A stretch of DNA of 63,996 bases, counting the filler, from Octopus bimaculoides (Eukaryota): assembly GCF_001194135.2 (NCBI RefSeq). It is 3 parts of 2 records of this genome, joined end to end, with 100 filler letters (N's around TTAATTAATTAA, not from the genome) between each part and the next. Parts side by side here need not be neighbours in the genome. Positions count along the whole stretch, not along the records: positions 19,672 to 50,428 come from NC_068989.1; 2 more parts are not named here. One strand, given 5' to 3'. The notes under the pieces are model-generated. The model was not told where the DNA came from and made no database searches. It saw only the letters and a list, made by a program, of their open reading frames with translations. Below, piece by piece: positions 24,312 to 37,571 of the stretch; position 1 is the stretch's first letter; the number at the start of each line of letters is the position of its first letter. The translations under genes were made by a program, and so were the position numbers.

Positions 24312-26146
24312 GTAAGTAGTCTCTGTCGAAAATATTTCATGAAATACATATATTTCACTATCAAGTTGATTTCCACGTTCTTAACAGTTCTCACACTGAA
24401 ACGCCTGTTGTTTAAGCAGATACAGTGATCTTCGGTGTCAGCAATAATCTTTCTTCAACCACGGACTTGTGCACGTGTCTTTTCGACCTTTGTGTTTCTC
24501 TATCCTATCTAGGTCGATTTTTTTTTACCTTCAGCATTCAAAACATTAACACTTATATTGCACTTAAAGTAACATTAAGATAGTTTCAATAAACTAATTC
24601 CTTTACTTATTAAACAATAGACAAAAATTATATCAATAAAAAATACATTTAAATAAATATCAAACTGAACTTTCGTAATTCTGCACGCTTGAAGTGTCAA
24701 TATTATGCAACCTACTATAACATGATAAATAAGGATGTGATCGATGGCTTGTGACGGTCGACACTTCAATTACAATTTCTATATTGTAACAGAAAATGTC
24801 CTTATTTTTCGCCCGTCCATTTCGCGCCACACAAATTTGAATTGCACTAATTAATTAATTTGTCGAGACTGTGACCTGACAGTGATAATTTTAATTATTT
24901 CTACATGCCCACACGGCGCACATTTTAGGAGATATTTATTATAGTTAAATTTACCCAATTTGACTACTATTAATTTGTTTTATCGATCTCACAAGAATTA
25001 ATAGCAGCAGCAACCTCTGTTCAATTTCAACTTAGAACGTCAAGTGCTGTAATTACATATCGAAAGATATATTGATCTCATACTCCGAGATGTAGTTAAA
25101 TAGTACACATCACTCTCCTTTAAGTTTCGTTATTTTGACAATGATTCGGACTTTTAAATAAGATCACAGCTATATGAGTATATTATAATCTGTATGAGTG
25201 TATATTTTGCTGTTTTGCTCATCAGTAAGTACTAAATGTCTAAAACAAGAGCAAAAGATTACTTAGCCATCTTCCTGGAGCCGGTTGATTTGAAAAGACG
25301 TCCTTGACCTCCTGAACATCACGAAAGCAATAAATTATCAAAAGACGCCACAAAATTTTCAAAAATAACTGATTGAAGTGACATGACACTACATTTAAAT
25401 ATATTTTTATGTTTTATTTACAACCAGTAATTATATGCACGGTACAGTTATAGATTTCTCATATAGAACTATAATATCTACTATGAGATATATGAAATGA
25501 CCAAAACTACACAAATGACTTGAATATCAAATTTTGGGGGATTATGGGGTGAAGATTAACTCACTGGGACTATTCATGGTTCTATGACACAAACTTCATG
25601 TTTTAAAGTGATCTAAATTAAAACTTCCTGTCAAAATCTCGTTAATTTGTTTCAAACACAACTTGATAGTTATTTTACTAAATTTTTTGTTATTTTTAAA
25701 ATCACCGAAACAAAGGTATTTATAGTAACAAAACTCAATTTATTTCTCGTTGCTCAATTTTGTTTAATATATTATGTGGTTTTAGATTTGTATTAGAAGT
25801 CAAGGATGTTTTTAAAACGTACAGCATTAGCAAGATTACCAATTATTATTGATATTATTAAAGTGTTGTCTGTCATATAACAGGTTACTTTGAAGTATGC
25901 TTCTTCCTCTTTGGATAATGTCAGGAATCATGGCATGCATACAGTAATTATAATTTATCAAATAAAACAAAATTTTCATTTGTATAACTCCTCCATAATT
26001 ACCCTATCATTTACTTCCATTCTCTTGTCTCTCTGAGTCTTTTTCACAATATGCATGTATCATATTTCTTTACTCATTGCCTGACACTAAGCCTCATATG
26101 TGCACTCATCCTGCAACTTATTTTGTTAACTCTGTATGTATCTCTT

Positions 26147-26207
<61 letters not shown>

Positions 26208-26274
26208 ATAAATGCGAAAGCAAATGTCAGTGAGTCACACTTTTCAACTTTACTCCTCTGACCCCCTCTGTTAC

Positions 26275-26397
26275 TATTCAATGACACTTCTACTATTCCT
26301 CATGCTTTACCCCTCTCTCTATATTCAATGATACTTCTACTATTCCTCGTGCTTTACCCCTCTCTCTCTCTATTTAATGACACTTCTACTGTTCTTC
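26275..26397. repeat. Minisatellite, 47-49 bp unit, about 2.6 copies
   Basis: tattcaatgacacttctactattcctc.tgctttacccctctctc units at 26275, 26322 and 26371. Confidence 0.85.
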
Positions 26398-28332
26398 ATT
26401 CTTGATTTTTTTCTTAATCGTAACATTTTGAGAAAAATCTTTCTCTAAATATTACAACTGTATCAAATAATTTAACCTAAACACAGGTTTCATAATGTTC
26501 AGAACTGAAATACGTATTGAACTCACACTCTCATACAATATCACCTCCCATAACTCTGCCATAAAAATGTTGGAAACTTAGTATTTTTTCAGATTTTAAT
26601 AAAATTTATCAGACCTATTTTCATGCCGTCAGCCGTCGGAGCTATGGAAACTTAGCACACTATGACTGCATAAAAATAGATTCAACTATTTTATTACTAC
26701 CTTAAAAAATACTAAATTTTATGGTCAAATACATTTAGAGCAATTCCAAACCATAAAAATTGCACTTTAAAGTAGTGTTTAGTGACAGTGATGTAATTTC
26801 CCTTCAAATTACGAACAGGAGTTTAGATACATACCAGCTACTACAAATAATTGTTTGTATGAAAAGTAAGGCCCTATGTACATCAAATATGTACATCTTT
26901 AAATTAAGTGGCGGCAGAAGAATTATCATTGATCTTTTAAAAGGTTTATTGTTGCCTACAGCCAGCTATATGTTGGTTGTTCAAGGGTAAGGAATGGAAA
27001 CAAGCTATTTGTACTGACCTCCAAATAGGAAGACAAAAATTGTTGTTTATCATGCAGCTTTGCAATAACTTCCAAGTCAACAAATTTCATCATTGTTTTG
27101 ATGAAAATTGTTCATCACTTGAAAAATGTTGTTCAAGTTTGATAAAATTTAATATGTACTCAATGCATGAAGTGTCATTCTTGGGCCCAAGGCCCAATGA
27201 AGAGCCCTCCACAGGAGCTAGCTTAAAAGCTGCCTGTTAAGATATTTTGTGCATTGTAGAAGTGTAACCAATTTATTGCACATGAACTTTAACAACAAAA
27301 TCATATACAGACCCCAGTTGAGAACATCATCATTATCATCATTTAACATCCACTTTCCCTGCTGGCATGGGTTGGATGGTTTGAGTGACGGTTGGTAAGC
27401 TGGAGAACTCACTAGGTTCCACTTTAATTTGTCATGGTTTCTACGGCTGGGTGCCCTTCGTAATGCCAACCATTCCAAGAGTGTAGGTCACTAAAAGGAA
27501 GAGAAATTCTTTCCAGTTTCTTTTTTTCCCTGTATTTTATAAAATTTGAGGTTATTGACTTGATGGCTGTCTCTGTTAAAACTGTAATCATTAGCTAAAT
27601 ATCTCAACATTTTTGTTTCTGCAATATTCATACATTTTTATTTTTTTAATTTTTTTATTTTTTTAGTCTAGTACTTATTCTGTCATTTTTTGCCAAACCA
27701 CTAAGTTATGAAGATGTAAAGAAACCAATACCAGTTGTCAAATGGTGGTAGGGAACAAATGCAAAGACACACACATGGATATATGTTCTTCTTTCAGTTT
27801 CCATCTACAAATTCATTCAAAGATTTGGTTGGCCCAGGGTTATAAGTAGAACACTTACACAAGGTGCCATGCAGTGAGAATGAACCTTAAACCATATGGT
27901 TGGGAAGGGATAGGACTTGAACCACTCATCAATCACTTACCAGCTAGTCATATTACTTATTTCACAATAGAGTACATGTTACTGTCATCACTTCTTCTCA
28001 AATTAGGTACTTTAAATGTATTTATTTTTTTACTCTTATTTTAATTCACTGTTTTATCTGAACAATATAATTACAGTAGCTCTATCAATGTGCCTGTTGC
28101 TCTTTATTTTTTGTAAATCTTAGTAGTTAATTATAATACTGCTGAAATTATTTTCACTAATTTGCATTAAATCTCTTGAGTTATCATCAGGATTTATATT
28201 CAAAGATCATAATAGGTTGACAAGTACCCTAAATATTATCTAGGTGTGAATCTCAACTTTAACAGCATGAAATTGAATTATTTCTCCGATTCTCAATTGT
28301 CTGTTGTTCAACTGTGACTGAAGTAATACTTT

Positions 28333-28537
28333 CTTTACTCTTTTACTTGTTTCAGTCATTTGACTGCGGCCATGCTGGAGCACCGCCTTTAGTCAAGCAA
28401 ATCAACCCCAGGACTTATTCTTTGGAAGCCTAGTACTTATTCTACCGGTCTCTTTTGCCGAACCGCTAAGTTACGGGGGACGTAAACACACCAGCATCGG
28501 TTGTCAAGCATTGGTGAGGGGACAAACACAGACACAA

Positions 28538-28568
<31 letters not shown>

Positions 28569-28728
28569 CATATATACGACGGGCTTCTTTCAGTTTCCGT
28601 CTACCAAATCCACTCACAAGGCTTTGGTCAGCCCGAGGCTATAGTAGAAGACACTTGCCAAAGGTGCCACGCAGCGGGACTGAACCCGGAACCATGTGGC
28701 TGGTAAGCAAGCTACTTACCACACAGCC
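28333..28728 (-). mobile_element. SINE family A in MICOS13 intron 1, about 150 bp before exon 2
   Basis: Near-consensus copy, highly similar to 57199-57635. Confidence 0.9.
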
Positions 28729-28880
28729 TTGCTTCACTCCACCCAATTACTGCTTCTCTCATTTCACAATGTCTCCATCAAGGCTTCTTTTAAAAAAATA
28801 AAAAATTTTCTCAAAATGTCTTACAAACCTATTTAAAATTTCACAGCCATCTTGCTTGTTTTGCTCATATTTATTTCCAG

Positions 28881-29028
28881 AAACTCAGCTAAAGTAGCAA
28901 TTACTGGTGGTGCTGTTTACTATACAGTTAAGCAGGGAGTTTGGAGTGATACCGGTGAAGGTTCTGCAGCCTTAGAAAATGTCCGTGAAACTATTCTACC
29001 TGCAACAGCTACAGAATACATTAGCAAG
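28881..29028 (+). CDS. MICOS13: MIC13/QIL1 exon 2 (INSAKVAITGGAVYYTVKQGVWSDTGEGSAALENVRETILPATATEYISK)
   Basis: ttatttccag acceptor and AAG|GTAAGA donor; GGAVY transmembrane segment and GVW match the QIL1 family as recalled (human KGSVAGGAVYLV). Confidence 0.93.
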
Positions 29029-30289
29029 GTAAGACTGAAATCAAAAACTTAAGCTTCTTTATGATTAGTTAACCTGGCAATGTAAAAGTGAAATCTTGTT
29101 GGCTTGGAAGGCTTTACAAAGGATCTATATCAACATTGTTATTTTATGGAGACTTTTTTTTTCTGACTAAATCTTAGAATAGTTCACAGAGGCCATAACA
29201 CTGTTCTGACCATCTCTTTGACTAAATCTTGGGTGGGTCTACAGCAGCCATGGTCTTGTTCTCTCTTCCTCTCTGATTTAATCTTGGGATGGTTTGCATA
29301 AATCATGTCACAATTCTTCTTCTTCTGACTGGAAGAATTTACAAAAGGGCCATAGCACTGTTCTAACTCTTCTGATGAAATAATAAATTAAGCTGCTAAA
29401 TACTTTACACTAAGGTAGTCGGTATCTTCTTGCCATCTCTTGGCTCATGGAAGGATTTCAGTTCAGCACTAAACTTAAGAGGATGCTTCTTATTCAAACA
29501 CTTCTGCAGATTTCCTAAGCACAATACACCTCTTCATTGTACTTATTTAGATCAAGATGAAGTGGACTATTTAGAATTCATAACATATAACTTTATTTAC
29601 CTTGAGAAGTGGTTGTGTTCTAATGTATCAGTCAGGCCTTTAATTTAAGAACCAATATTTCAGGCAGCGTTTGAATTTAAGTACCAATATTTTTTTTCAA
29701 AGAAAGATTCCTCAAATGTTTATTTACTTCTTCTTAAAGTATGCAAACCTATTTTGGAAATTTTATTAAATTAAAAAAAAAAAACATTTCTTTTCATTAT
29801 GCTTACAAAATTAGACTTTGCTTTTTGATCATTATGGTGGTTGAGGAGCAGTGGGGTGGAAATAGAAAGAACTATGTCCTTTTGTTATTAATACTGTACA
29901 GAATAGGTGATGAGATGTAAACTGTCTATTCTTCAGCTGGTAGTGTTTTTGTGAACTTGACATCTATTTTATCAAATGAGTTGTGCATATTTTATTGTCC
30001 TATTTTAAACAGATGTTGATATGCCTCTGGTGACAGTGTGTGTTTTTGCAAAAAGACAATGACAGAAAACTGTATCAAATACATTGGCACATGTTTTACA
30101 TTAATGGGAATACATGAAGCAAGACCTAAATAGATTGTTTTGATGTCAGAAAGCGTAATCAGCTTTGGAATATTTGTACCAAGATAACAGATGAAGTGGT
30201 GGAGTTGCAAAGGTACATCTGCCTTATAACAATCATCAACAGGTACTCTATAGTACTCTATTGATGATAATGATGATAATTTTAGGCAC

Positions 30290-31080
30290 AAGGACTAGAA
30301 CTTTTGAACAAAAGTGGTTAGTCAGTACCACTCTTTCTAATACTTGACTGATATTATTATCAACCTTATAGGAGTGAAAGGCAAAGTTGTCCTCAGCAGG
30401 ATTTGAACTCAGAATGCAAAGAGCTGCAACAAATACCATCAGGCATTCTCTCTGCTCTAATGATTCTACAGATCCATTGCCCTTGTATGACAATAATGAT
30501 GATGATTTTAAGTTTTGGCACAAGGCTTGCAATTGTGAGGGAAGGAGGCTAGTCAATTGCATTTGACTCCAGTGTTTATTTTATTGATCCTGGAAGGATG
30601 AAAGACAAAGTTGACCTTGGTGGATTTTGAACTCAGAACATAAAGTTGGAACAAGTGCTACTTAGTATTTTCTCCAATGTGTCAATGATTCTGCTAGCTC
30701 TCCACCTTAATTATGATAATTCTTCCAACTACAGAAATTTGGGCAGGATGGAGTTAGTTGATTAATCAACCCTAGTACTTGACTGGTACTTATTTTATTG
30801 ACCCCGAAATGATGAAAGGCAAAGTCAACCTCAGTGGAATTTGAACTCAGAACATAGAGCTAGACAAACTGCCACTACACATTTTGTCCAGCATGCTAAC
30901 AATTCTGCCAGCTTGCTGCCTTATTAATGATAGTACTGATAATCCTTTCTACTAAAGGCAAAGGACCTCAAATTAGTGGGGAGGGGACTAGTCGATTACA
31001 TTGACCCCAGTGTTTGACTGGTGCATATTTCATCAATCGTGAAAGGATAAAAGGCAAAGTTGACCTCAGCAGAATTTGAG
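30290..31080 (-). mobile_element. Four head-to-tail family B SINE copies (gtcgactttgcctttcatcc core)
   Basis: Repeated atgaaaggcaaagt.gacctc.g..gaatttgaactcagaa at about 30375, 30600, 30815 and 31045. Confidence 0.85.
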
Positions 31081-31081
31081 T

Positions 31082-33040
31082 CATCATCATCATCATTTAA
31101 TGTCTGTTGTCCATGCTGGCATGGGTTGGGTGATTTGACCAGGGCTAGTAAGCCGAGAGACTGCACCAGACTCCAGTCTGATTTGGCATGGTTTGTACGG
31201 CTGGATGCCCTTCCTAACGTCAACCACTCCAAGAGTGTAATGTGTGCTTTTACATGTCACTGGCACAGGTGCCATTTGCGTGACACCAGTATCTGCCACA
31301 ACTACAATTTCAGTTGGCTTGGCCGGTCTTCTTCTCGAGCATGGCATATTGCCAAAGGTCTTGGACATTTGTCATTGCCTCCATGAGGTCCAGCACTTGA
31401 AATGTGTTATTTACATGCCACTAGCACCGATGCCAGTTTCACAACACTGGCATTGGCCACATTGCCTCCATGAGGTCCAACACTCGACAGGTGCTTTTTA
31501 CATGCCACCAGCATGGGGGCCAGTTACGCATCATTGGTATCGGCCACATTGCCTTTGTGAGGCCCAATGCTCAAAAGATGCATTTTATACGCCAACAACA
31601 TGGGTGCCAATTACATGACACTGTATCAGCCACAACTATTATTTCACTTAACTTGATGGATCTTCTCAAGCACAGCATATTGCCAAAGGTCTCAGTCACT
31701 AGTTCGAAGATCATGCTTCACCACTTCTTCCCATGTCTTCCTGAGTCTACCCTTCCACAGGTTTCTTCCACGGCTAGGGATTGGCACTTCTTTAAACAGC
31801 TGTCCTCATCCATATGCATCACATGACCATACCAGCACAGTCGTCTCTCTTGCACACCATATCTGATGCCTCTTATGCCCAACTTTTCTCTCATCATACA
31901 TGCACACTGACATTGCACATCCAGTGAAGCATACTAGCTTCATTTCTTTCAAGCCTTTACATGTCCTTGGTGGCCACAGCCCATGTTTCACTGCCATGTA
32001 GTACAACTGTTTGCACACAGGCATCATACAATCTGCCTTTCACTCTGAGGGAGAGACCCTTTGTTGCCAACAGAGGTAGGAGCTCTCTGAACTTTGCCCA
32101 GCCTATTCTTATTTTTGCAGCTACACTCTCGGAGCACCCACCTCTGCTACTAACTTGATCACCTAGATAATAGAAGCTATCAACTACCTCTAGCTTACCC
32201 CACTGGCATTTGATGGAGTCTATTTTCTGTACATTTTTTGTGTTTATTGTACCTGTGCACCTTCCACACACAAAACCTATCTTCCCAGTTAACCTTCCTC
32301 TGATATTGCAGCATCTCTTATATGTCCATAGCTTACAATGGGTACATCTTGTGGAATTGTTGGCTACACCTTTCCTACAGATCGAGCAAGGCCCATCTAT
32401 CTGAAGGGATTTGTGATTTGTCTGCTTTCCTACTTACTAAAACTTTGGTTTTTGTTAGGTTAACTCTAAGGTCCTTTGAGTCTAGACCTTCTTTCTACAA
32501 CTGAAACTTCTTCTCTAGTTCTGGTAGTGATTCAGCAATAACAACAAGGTCATCAGCATAGAGGAATTCCCTGAGGCAGCCTGTTTTAAATTTCTCTGTT
32601 ATTGTCTGGAAGACTGTGATGAACAAGAGGACTGTTGCTTGTTATTGCCTGGAGGATAATGATGAAGAAGAGGACTGATCCCTACTTGAATTCATTGCTA
32701 TACTCGTTGCCAACCCTCACCTTACTGACAGCATCTCTGTACATGGCTTATACACATCTCACTAACCACTCATCTATCCCTAGTTTCCACATTGACCACC
32801 AGATAAGGGATCAGGGCACCCTGACAGAGGCTTTCTCCATGTCCACAAAAGCCAAGTACAGAGGCTTGTCTTTGGCTAGGTACTTCTCTTGTAGCTGCCT
32901 TACCAGAAATATAGCATCAGTGATGCTTCCCCCTAGCACAGAACCAAACTGCATCTCATCTAAACTAGCCCCGTCCCTAATTAGTTGGGCTATGAGCCTT
33001 TCTGTAACTTTCATCACCTGATCCAACAATTTGATACCTC
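31082..33040 (-). mobile_element. 5-prime-truncated RTE LINE, antisense within MICOS13 intron 2
   Basis: GIKLLDQVMK, QEKYLAKDKPLYLAFVDMEKA, LYADDLVVIAES, YYLGDQVS and LHGSETWA; 3-prime UTR ending in a (GAT)n tail. Confidence 0.93.
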
Positions 33041-33381
33041 CAAGTATAATAATAATAATACCTTTCTACTACAGGTACAAGGCCTACATTTTGCGGGAGG
33101 GGACTAATCAATTACATCAACCCCAATGTTTCACTGGTACTTAATTTATTGACCTCAAAAGGATGAAAGACTAAGTCGACCTCAGTGGAATTGTGCCTGG
33201 TGTACCCTTATCAGATGGGTAGTCATGATGGGTATATTGGGCTTCATATATTTGTACCCCAGTGTCACAATGATGATGATGATGGTGGTGGTGGTGATGG
33301 TGATGGTGATGATGATGATACTAACAGTGGTGATACAATAGTTGCAGTGTTGAACTGGTTTTATTACTTATGCTTTTCCAG

Positions 33382-33433
33382 ATTCCATCTCCAGGGAATG
33401 CAATTACCTCAGGTCTTGGTATGTGGAACGGAG
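33382..33433 (+). CDS. MICOS13: MIC13/QIL1 exon 3 (IPSPGNAITSGLGMWNG, 52 nt)
   Basis: tgcttttccag acceptor and GAG|GTAAGT donor; carries the conserved WN motif; phase 0 to 1. Confidence 0.9.
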
Positions 33434-36013
33434 GTAAGTGATCCATTATGTCTTCAAGAATTAACAGAGCTGCATATACAGAAGTTTACTGAAGCTTTTA
33501 TTACTATAAACAACGAAATTGACCGATTGAAACTCCTCCACACTCCAACCCTTGTTGCTTATATCTCAACTGAACTAAACTAAACAAGGATTTTGACATG
33601 ACCATATGATAAAGTAGTTTACTTTACAAACATAAGGGTTAAAGTTTAATCCTACTGTGTGATACAATGAGCTAGGGTCTTCTGCTATAGCCATAGATTA
33701 CCCAATCTTTGTAAAACCAAAAATGCCTGTCTGTCTGTATGTATGTAATATAGTTGACAAGCCCAAGAGCCAGGAATTCTTGCAAGCACAGATTGCACAA
33801 ATCCATCTCACTCGATACTACTCCTACTTCAGTTGAAGGGTCTTTGTCTTGCAAGTTACTTGTAGACCTTGCTGGTGCTGGGGTCACCTAAAAGTCACCC
33901 AGTACACTCTGTAAAGCAGTTGTATTAGGAAAGACATTCAGCCATAGAAAACGTGCTAAAGTAGACACTAGAGCTTGGTGCAGTCGTCTGGCTTACCAGC
34001 TCCTGTCAAGCTATGCATTCCATGTCAGCATAGAAAACAGACCTTAAATGATGATGATGATCAGCTTTGGGCAAGGCAATATTCTGCAACCAAACACTCT
34101 TCGTTACTAAACTTTCTTTTCAAGGAAGGTGCTCATTCTGTTGGTCTTCACTGGGCTGCTGGACATATGTATGCGCTTGGTACAAATGATTCTGCAATCA
34201 AAGCAGTATCAATGCAAAGACATGCAGTGATGTTCGTGCATGCACACACACACATACACACACAGACGGCTTCCACACAATTTCTATTTACCAAATTTCA
34301 GTCATGGAGCATTGGTCAGCCTGAGGCTATAGTAGAAGACATTGAATGCCACGTAGTGAGAACACACCTGAAACTGCCTGGTTGTTGAATGGGATTCTTA
34401 ATTACACACAGTCATGCCTATCCAGAGTTTTAGGCATTGGTTGCTGAAGACAAAAGTAAGATAGAATTGGTTGGTGTAAGTTGGCAGCATTTCTTCTGGG
34501 TGTAATTAAAAGGAGTGTTAAAATTTTTACAGTGCTTGAGTTTAGAGTGTGTTGTTTGTGGCTTATAGTTAATAAATACAATAACAACAGGGTAGCAAGG
34601 ATTGTATATGAGGGTTGTCAGCATCTTGGCTCTCGATTTTAGTTTTTGCAGTAAATAATCCCAGGTTGCTACTGGTTTTAGGACAAATTATTTAACTCTA
34701 CCTATCTCAATTCATTTTCATAACTTTAGGTGTCAGTTTTAGATCAGCTAAACAACAGTGTACTAATTTACTTCCTTTTATGAACCAGAAAGCCAGTGCT
34801 TTTATTTGTTCCAGGTGTTGCCTGATCAAGTTATTAGATTGTATTAAACTATATTTCTGGATGCATATCATTAGAGATTCCAGAAGATTTATTGGGGAAA
34901 GTTAAGCGATCAGAAGTTGTAAATTCCTCTTGTAAGGGGAGATCTGTTTACTTGTGCTATTTAGAACCATTTTATAGGGCAGAATGAAATCATCTCCAGC
35001 TACTCGGGTCCAATTATACCAAACCTAAGCACCGATTTAAATAGATGAGGAGAAACTAATCAAATTAGCCAACAAAGACTCAGTGTAAATATGAAACAGT
35101 ATAAAACCCCAAAGTTGTAACAATATATAAATTGAATAAATACATTGCTAAATTATAGGTAACATTCCTACATGTTAGTTAAGTGTTTGACATAAAAGCA
35201 TTGTAGATGTAGAGTCCTTACTTCTGTAGATTTATGTATAAATTTTAATTTGTAAATTATTTGTTGCAAAACAGAACAAAAGGTTAACTGGATTAGCACA
35301 CACACACACACACAAAGTTAATGAATAGGTTTTGTAATTATAAATATTTACACTTGAATAATGTTAATGCTAGTTGCCTTTCCTAACCTCTACTCTTTTC
35401 AACAAGCTGGTTGCATACTCTTTCCACACACACACACACACTCTCTCTCTCTCTCCGTTTGATATTCATATCAATAGTCATTGCTCCTCTGTGTCTCACT
35501 CTCCAGGACTGCAGATGTCTAGAAATCATTCCCTGTCCATGTTTGTACTGATGAGATTGTTTAAACTCAACAATCTCACAGTTCATGGTGTGTCCTGCAA
35601 TAATAATGGACATTGCCCTGCTCCTACTTCTAACAAAATCTGTCCAGGTGTGTAGTGAAGCTGGTACTTATTCTGAGAAGGGAACTAAAGCAACTAGCAT
35701 TTCCTAGGAAGGAGGAGCTGTAATAGCATTTGAAATTATAATTACTACTTAGTAGCTCAGTGTATGTTCTATCCGTGTGATATGGTCATGTAAAAATAGT
35801 ATATTACTGCTCTTGGTCATATCATTTATACATACACAAACACATATCTGAATGTTGTCTTTTAGCCCATCACTCGTGTTTGAGGAGAGCTGTGATCAAA
35901 GATGTCCTGGTCACCATCATTCTGTCTTTTCCTAAATCCATAATTACATTAAGTGATATATATCTTTTATTAAAATGGTAGGTTGAGATTTTGCTGCTAT
36001 TTCAAGTATCAAG

Positions 36014-36397
36014 AGTGGAGGCACAATGGCCCAGTGGTTAGGGCAGCGGACTCGCGGTCATAGGATCGCGGTTTCGATTCCCAGACCAGGCGTTGTGAGT
36101 GATTATTGAGCAAAAACACCTAAAGCTCCACGAGGCTCCGGCAGGGGATGGTGGCGAACCCTGCTGTACTCTTTCACCACAACTTTCTTTCACTCTTATT
36201 TCCTGTTTCTGTTGTGCCTGTAATTCAAAGGGTCAGCCTTGTCACACTGTGTCACGCTGAATATCCCCGAGAACTATGTTAAGGGTACACGTGTCTGTGG
36301 AGTGCTCAGCCACTTGCACGTTAATTTCACGAGCAGGCTGTTCCGTTGATCGGATCAACAGGAACCCTCGACGTCGTAAGCGACGGAATGCCAACAA
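36014..36397 (+). mobile_element. Young tRNA-derived SINE (family C) with target-site duplication, in MICOS13 intron 3
   Basis: A box TGGCCCAGTGG, B box GTTTCGATTCC, (CAA)n tail; 11-bp TSD CAAGTATCAAG at 36003-36013 and 36398-36408. Confidence 0.92.
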
Positions 36398-36666
36398 CAA
36401 GTATCAAGTGACCGTTTTGAGACATCTTTGTTAGTTTATCTCTCCTGAGTATGTATGTTTTACATGCAAGTATAAATTCATTGGATTAAGTGGTGTTATC
36501 ATTAAATGCAGTGCTGTCTTAACTTATTTCTCATACTCTGTTAATATCAAACAGTTTTTTTTTTTTTTTNNNNNNNNNNTCAAACAGTTTTTTTTTTTTT
36601 GAAACAATGTTATCGCATCATTTTAATATATGTCTATTTCAACATGTTATTTATTCTTTCCCACAG

Positions 36667-36770
36667 GTGTCCAAACAATGTTCAATTTTATCGCTAATAT
36701 TCCCAGTAATGTGAAATACTACAGTAAGTTAGCCGTTACTGAAGCTGTATCTGTAGTCAAAGGAAGTTAA
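36667..36770 (+). CDS. MICOS13: MIC13/QIL1 exon 4 (GVQTMFNFIANIPSNVKYYSKLAVTEAVSVVKGS*)
   Basis: ttctttcccacag acceptor; completes WNGGV; TAA at 36768-36770; total CDS 330 nt = 109 aa plus stop. Confidence 0.9.
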
Positions 36771-36933
36771 CTGATGTAGCGTTGTTATTTTCTTATAGTC
36801 TATATATGTACGCACTTGCATACATACATAACCGAGCCATCTTGTGCTTGCTGGCACATATATATTAAAATATAAGTGACAAATACATACAGCCACCAAG
36901 TAAATCAAACTAAGAAGAAAAAATCTATAACAA

Positions 36934-36939
36934 AATAAA
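36934..36939 (+). terminator. Candidate polyadenylation signal (AATAAA) of MICOS13
   Basis: AATAAA about 165 nt after the stop codon. Confidence 0.4.
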
Positions 36940-37571
36940 AGCTGATTATTAGCTGAAGAATACTCACAAGGAGTAAAATCATGTTGGAATTGGTTACTGA
37001 GAATATTTCTTTCGATTTGGAATTATCTAACATGACACAAGAAACAGAACCCACCATTTATAAAGGAAAGAAAGATTACAGTTTTTTTTTTTGTCTCTTA
37101 ATAATAACATATGGACTCTTCTGTAATGCAGTGTGTTTCTTTGTAGATTCCATACTTTGCTGAGTTTTTTTTTAAACATTGATTGGGGGTTGAAGTGGCT
37201 AGAATAAGGGAGAAAACAGAAATCATCTGTATGGGGAAAAAAAGTAAATTATATTTATTTATGTTCAAAGAAATGGCTTCCTTGTTTTTCTTTACCTTTT
37301 TTTCTTGTTTGATTCCAATGGTTGTCATCACCAGTCATCATCATCATCTTTGATCTTTCATAGGTTGGACAGATCTACAAGACAGCTACACCTCATCTTT
37401 AATGCACTGTATTATTAGATATGAACTCACTATTTACTCATAGCTTTTCTCTGTGTATCTTTACCACAAACACCANNNNNNNNNNNNNNNNNNNNNNNNN
37501 NNNNNNNNNNNNNNNNNNNNNNNNNNNNNNNCCATCATCATCAAAGTGTAGCACTTATTTAACTGTTGTGT

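Noticed and set aside
33185-33583. 132-aa ORF with a D/G-rich stretch
   Set aside because: A (GAT/GGT)n repeat plus read-through across MICOS13 exon 3 in a different frame.
36953-36986. CTGAAGA-A-TACTC-ACAAG-GAGTA hammerhead-like stem after the MICOS13 poly(A) signal
   Set aside because: The essential G of GAAA is absent and there is no stem I or III pairing.
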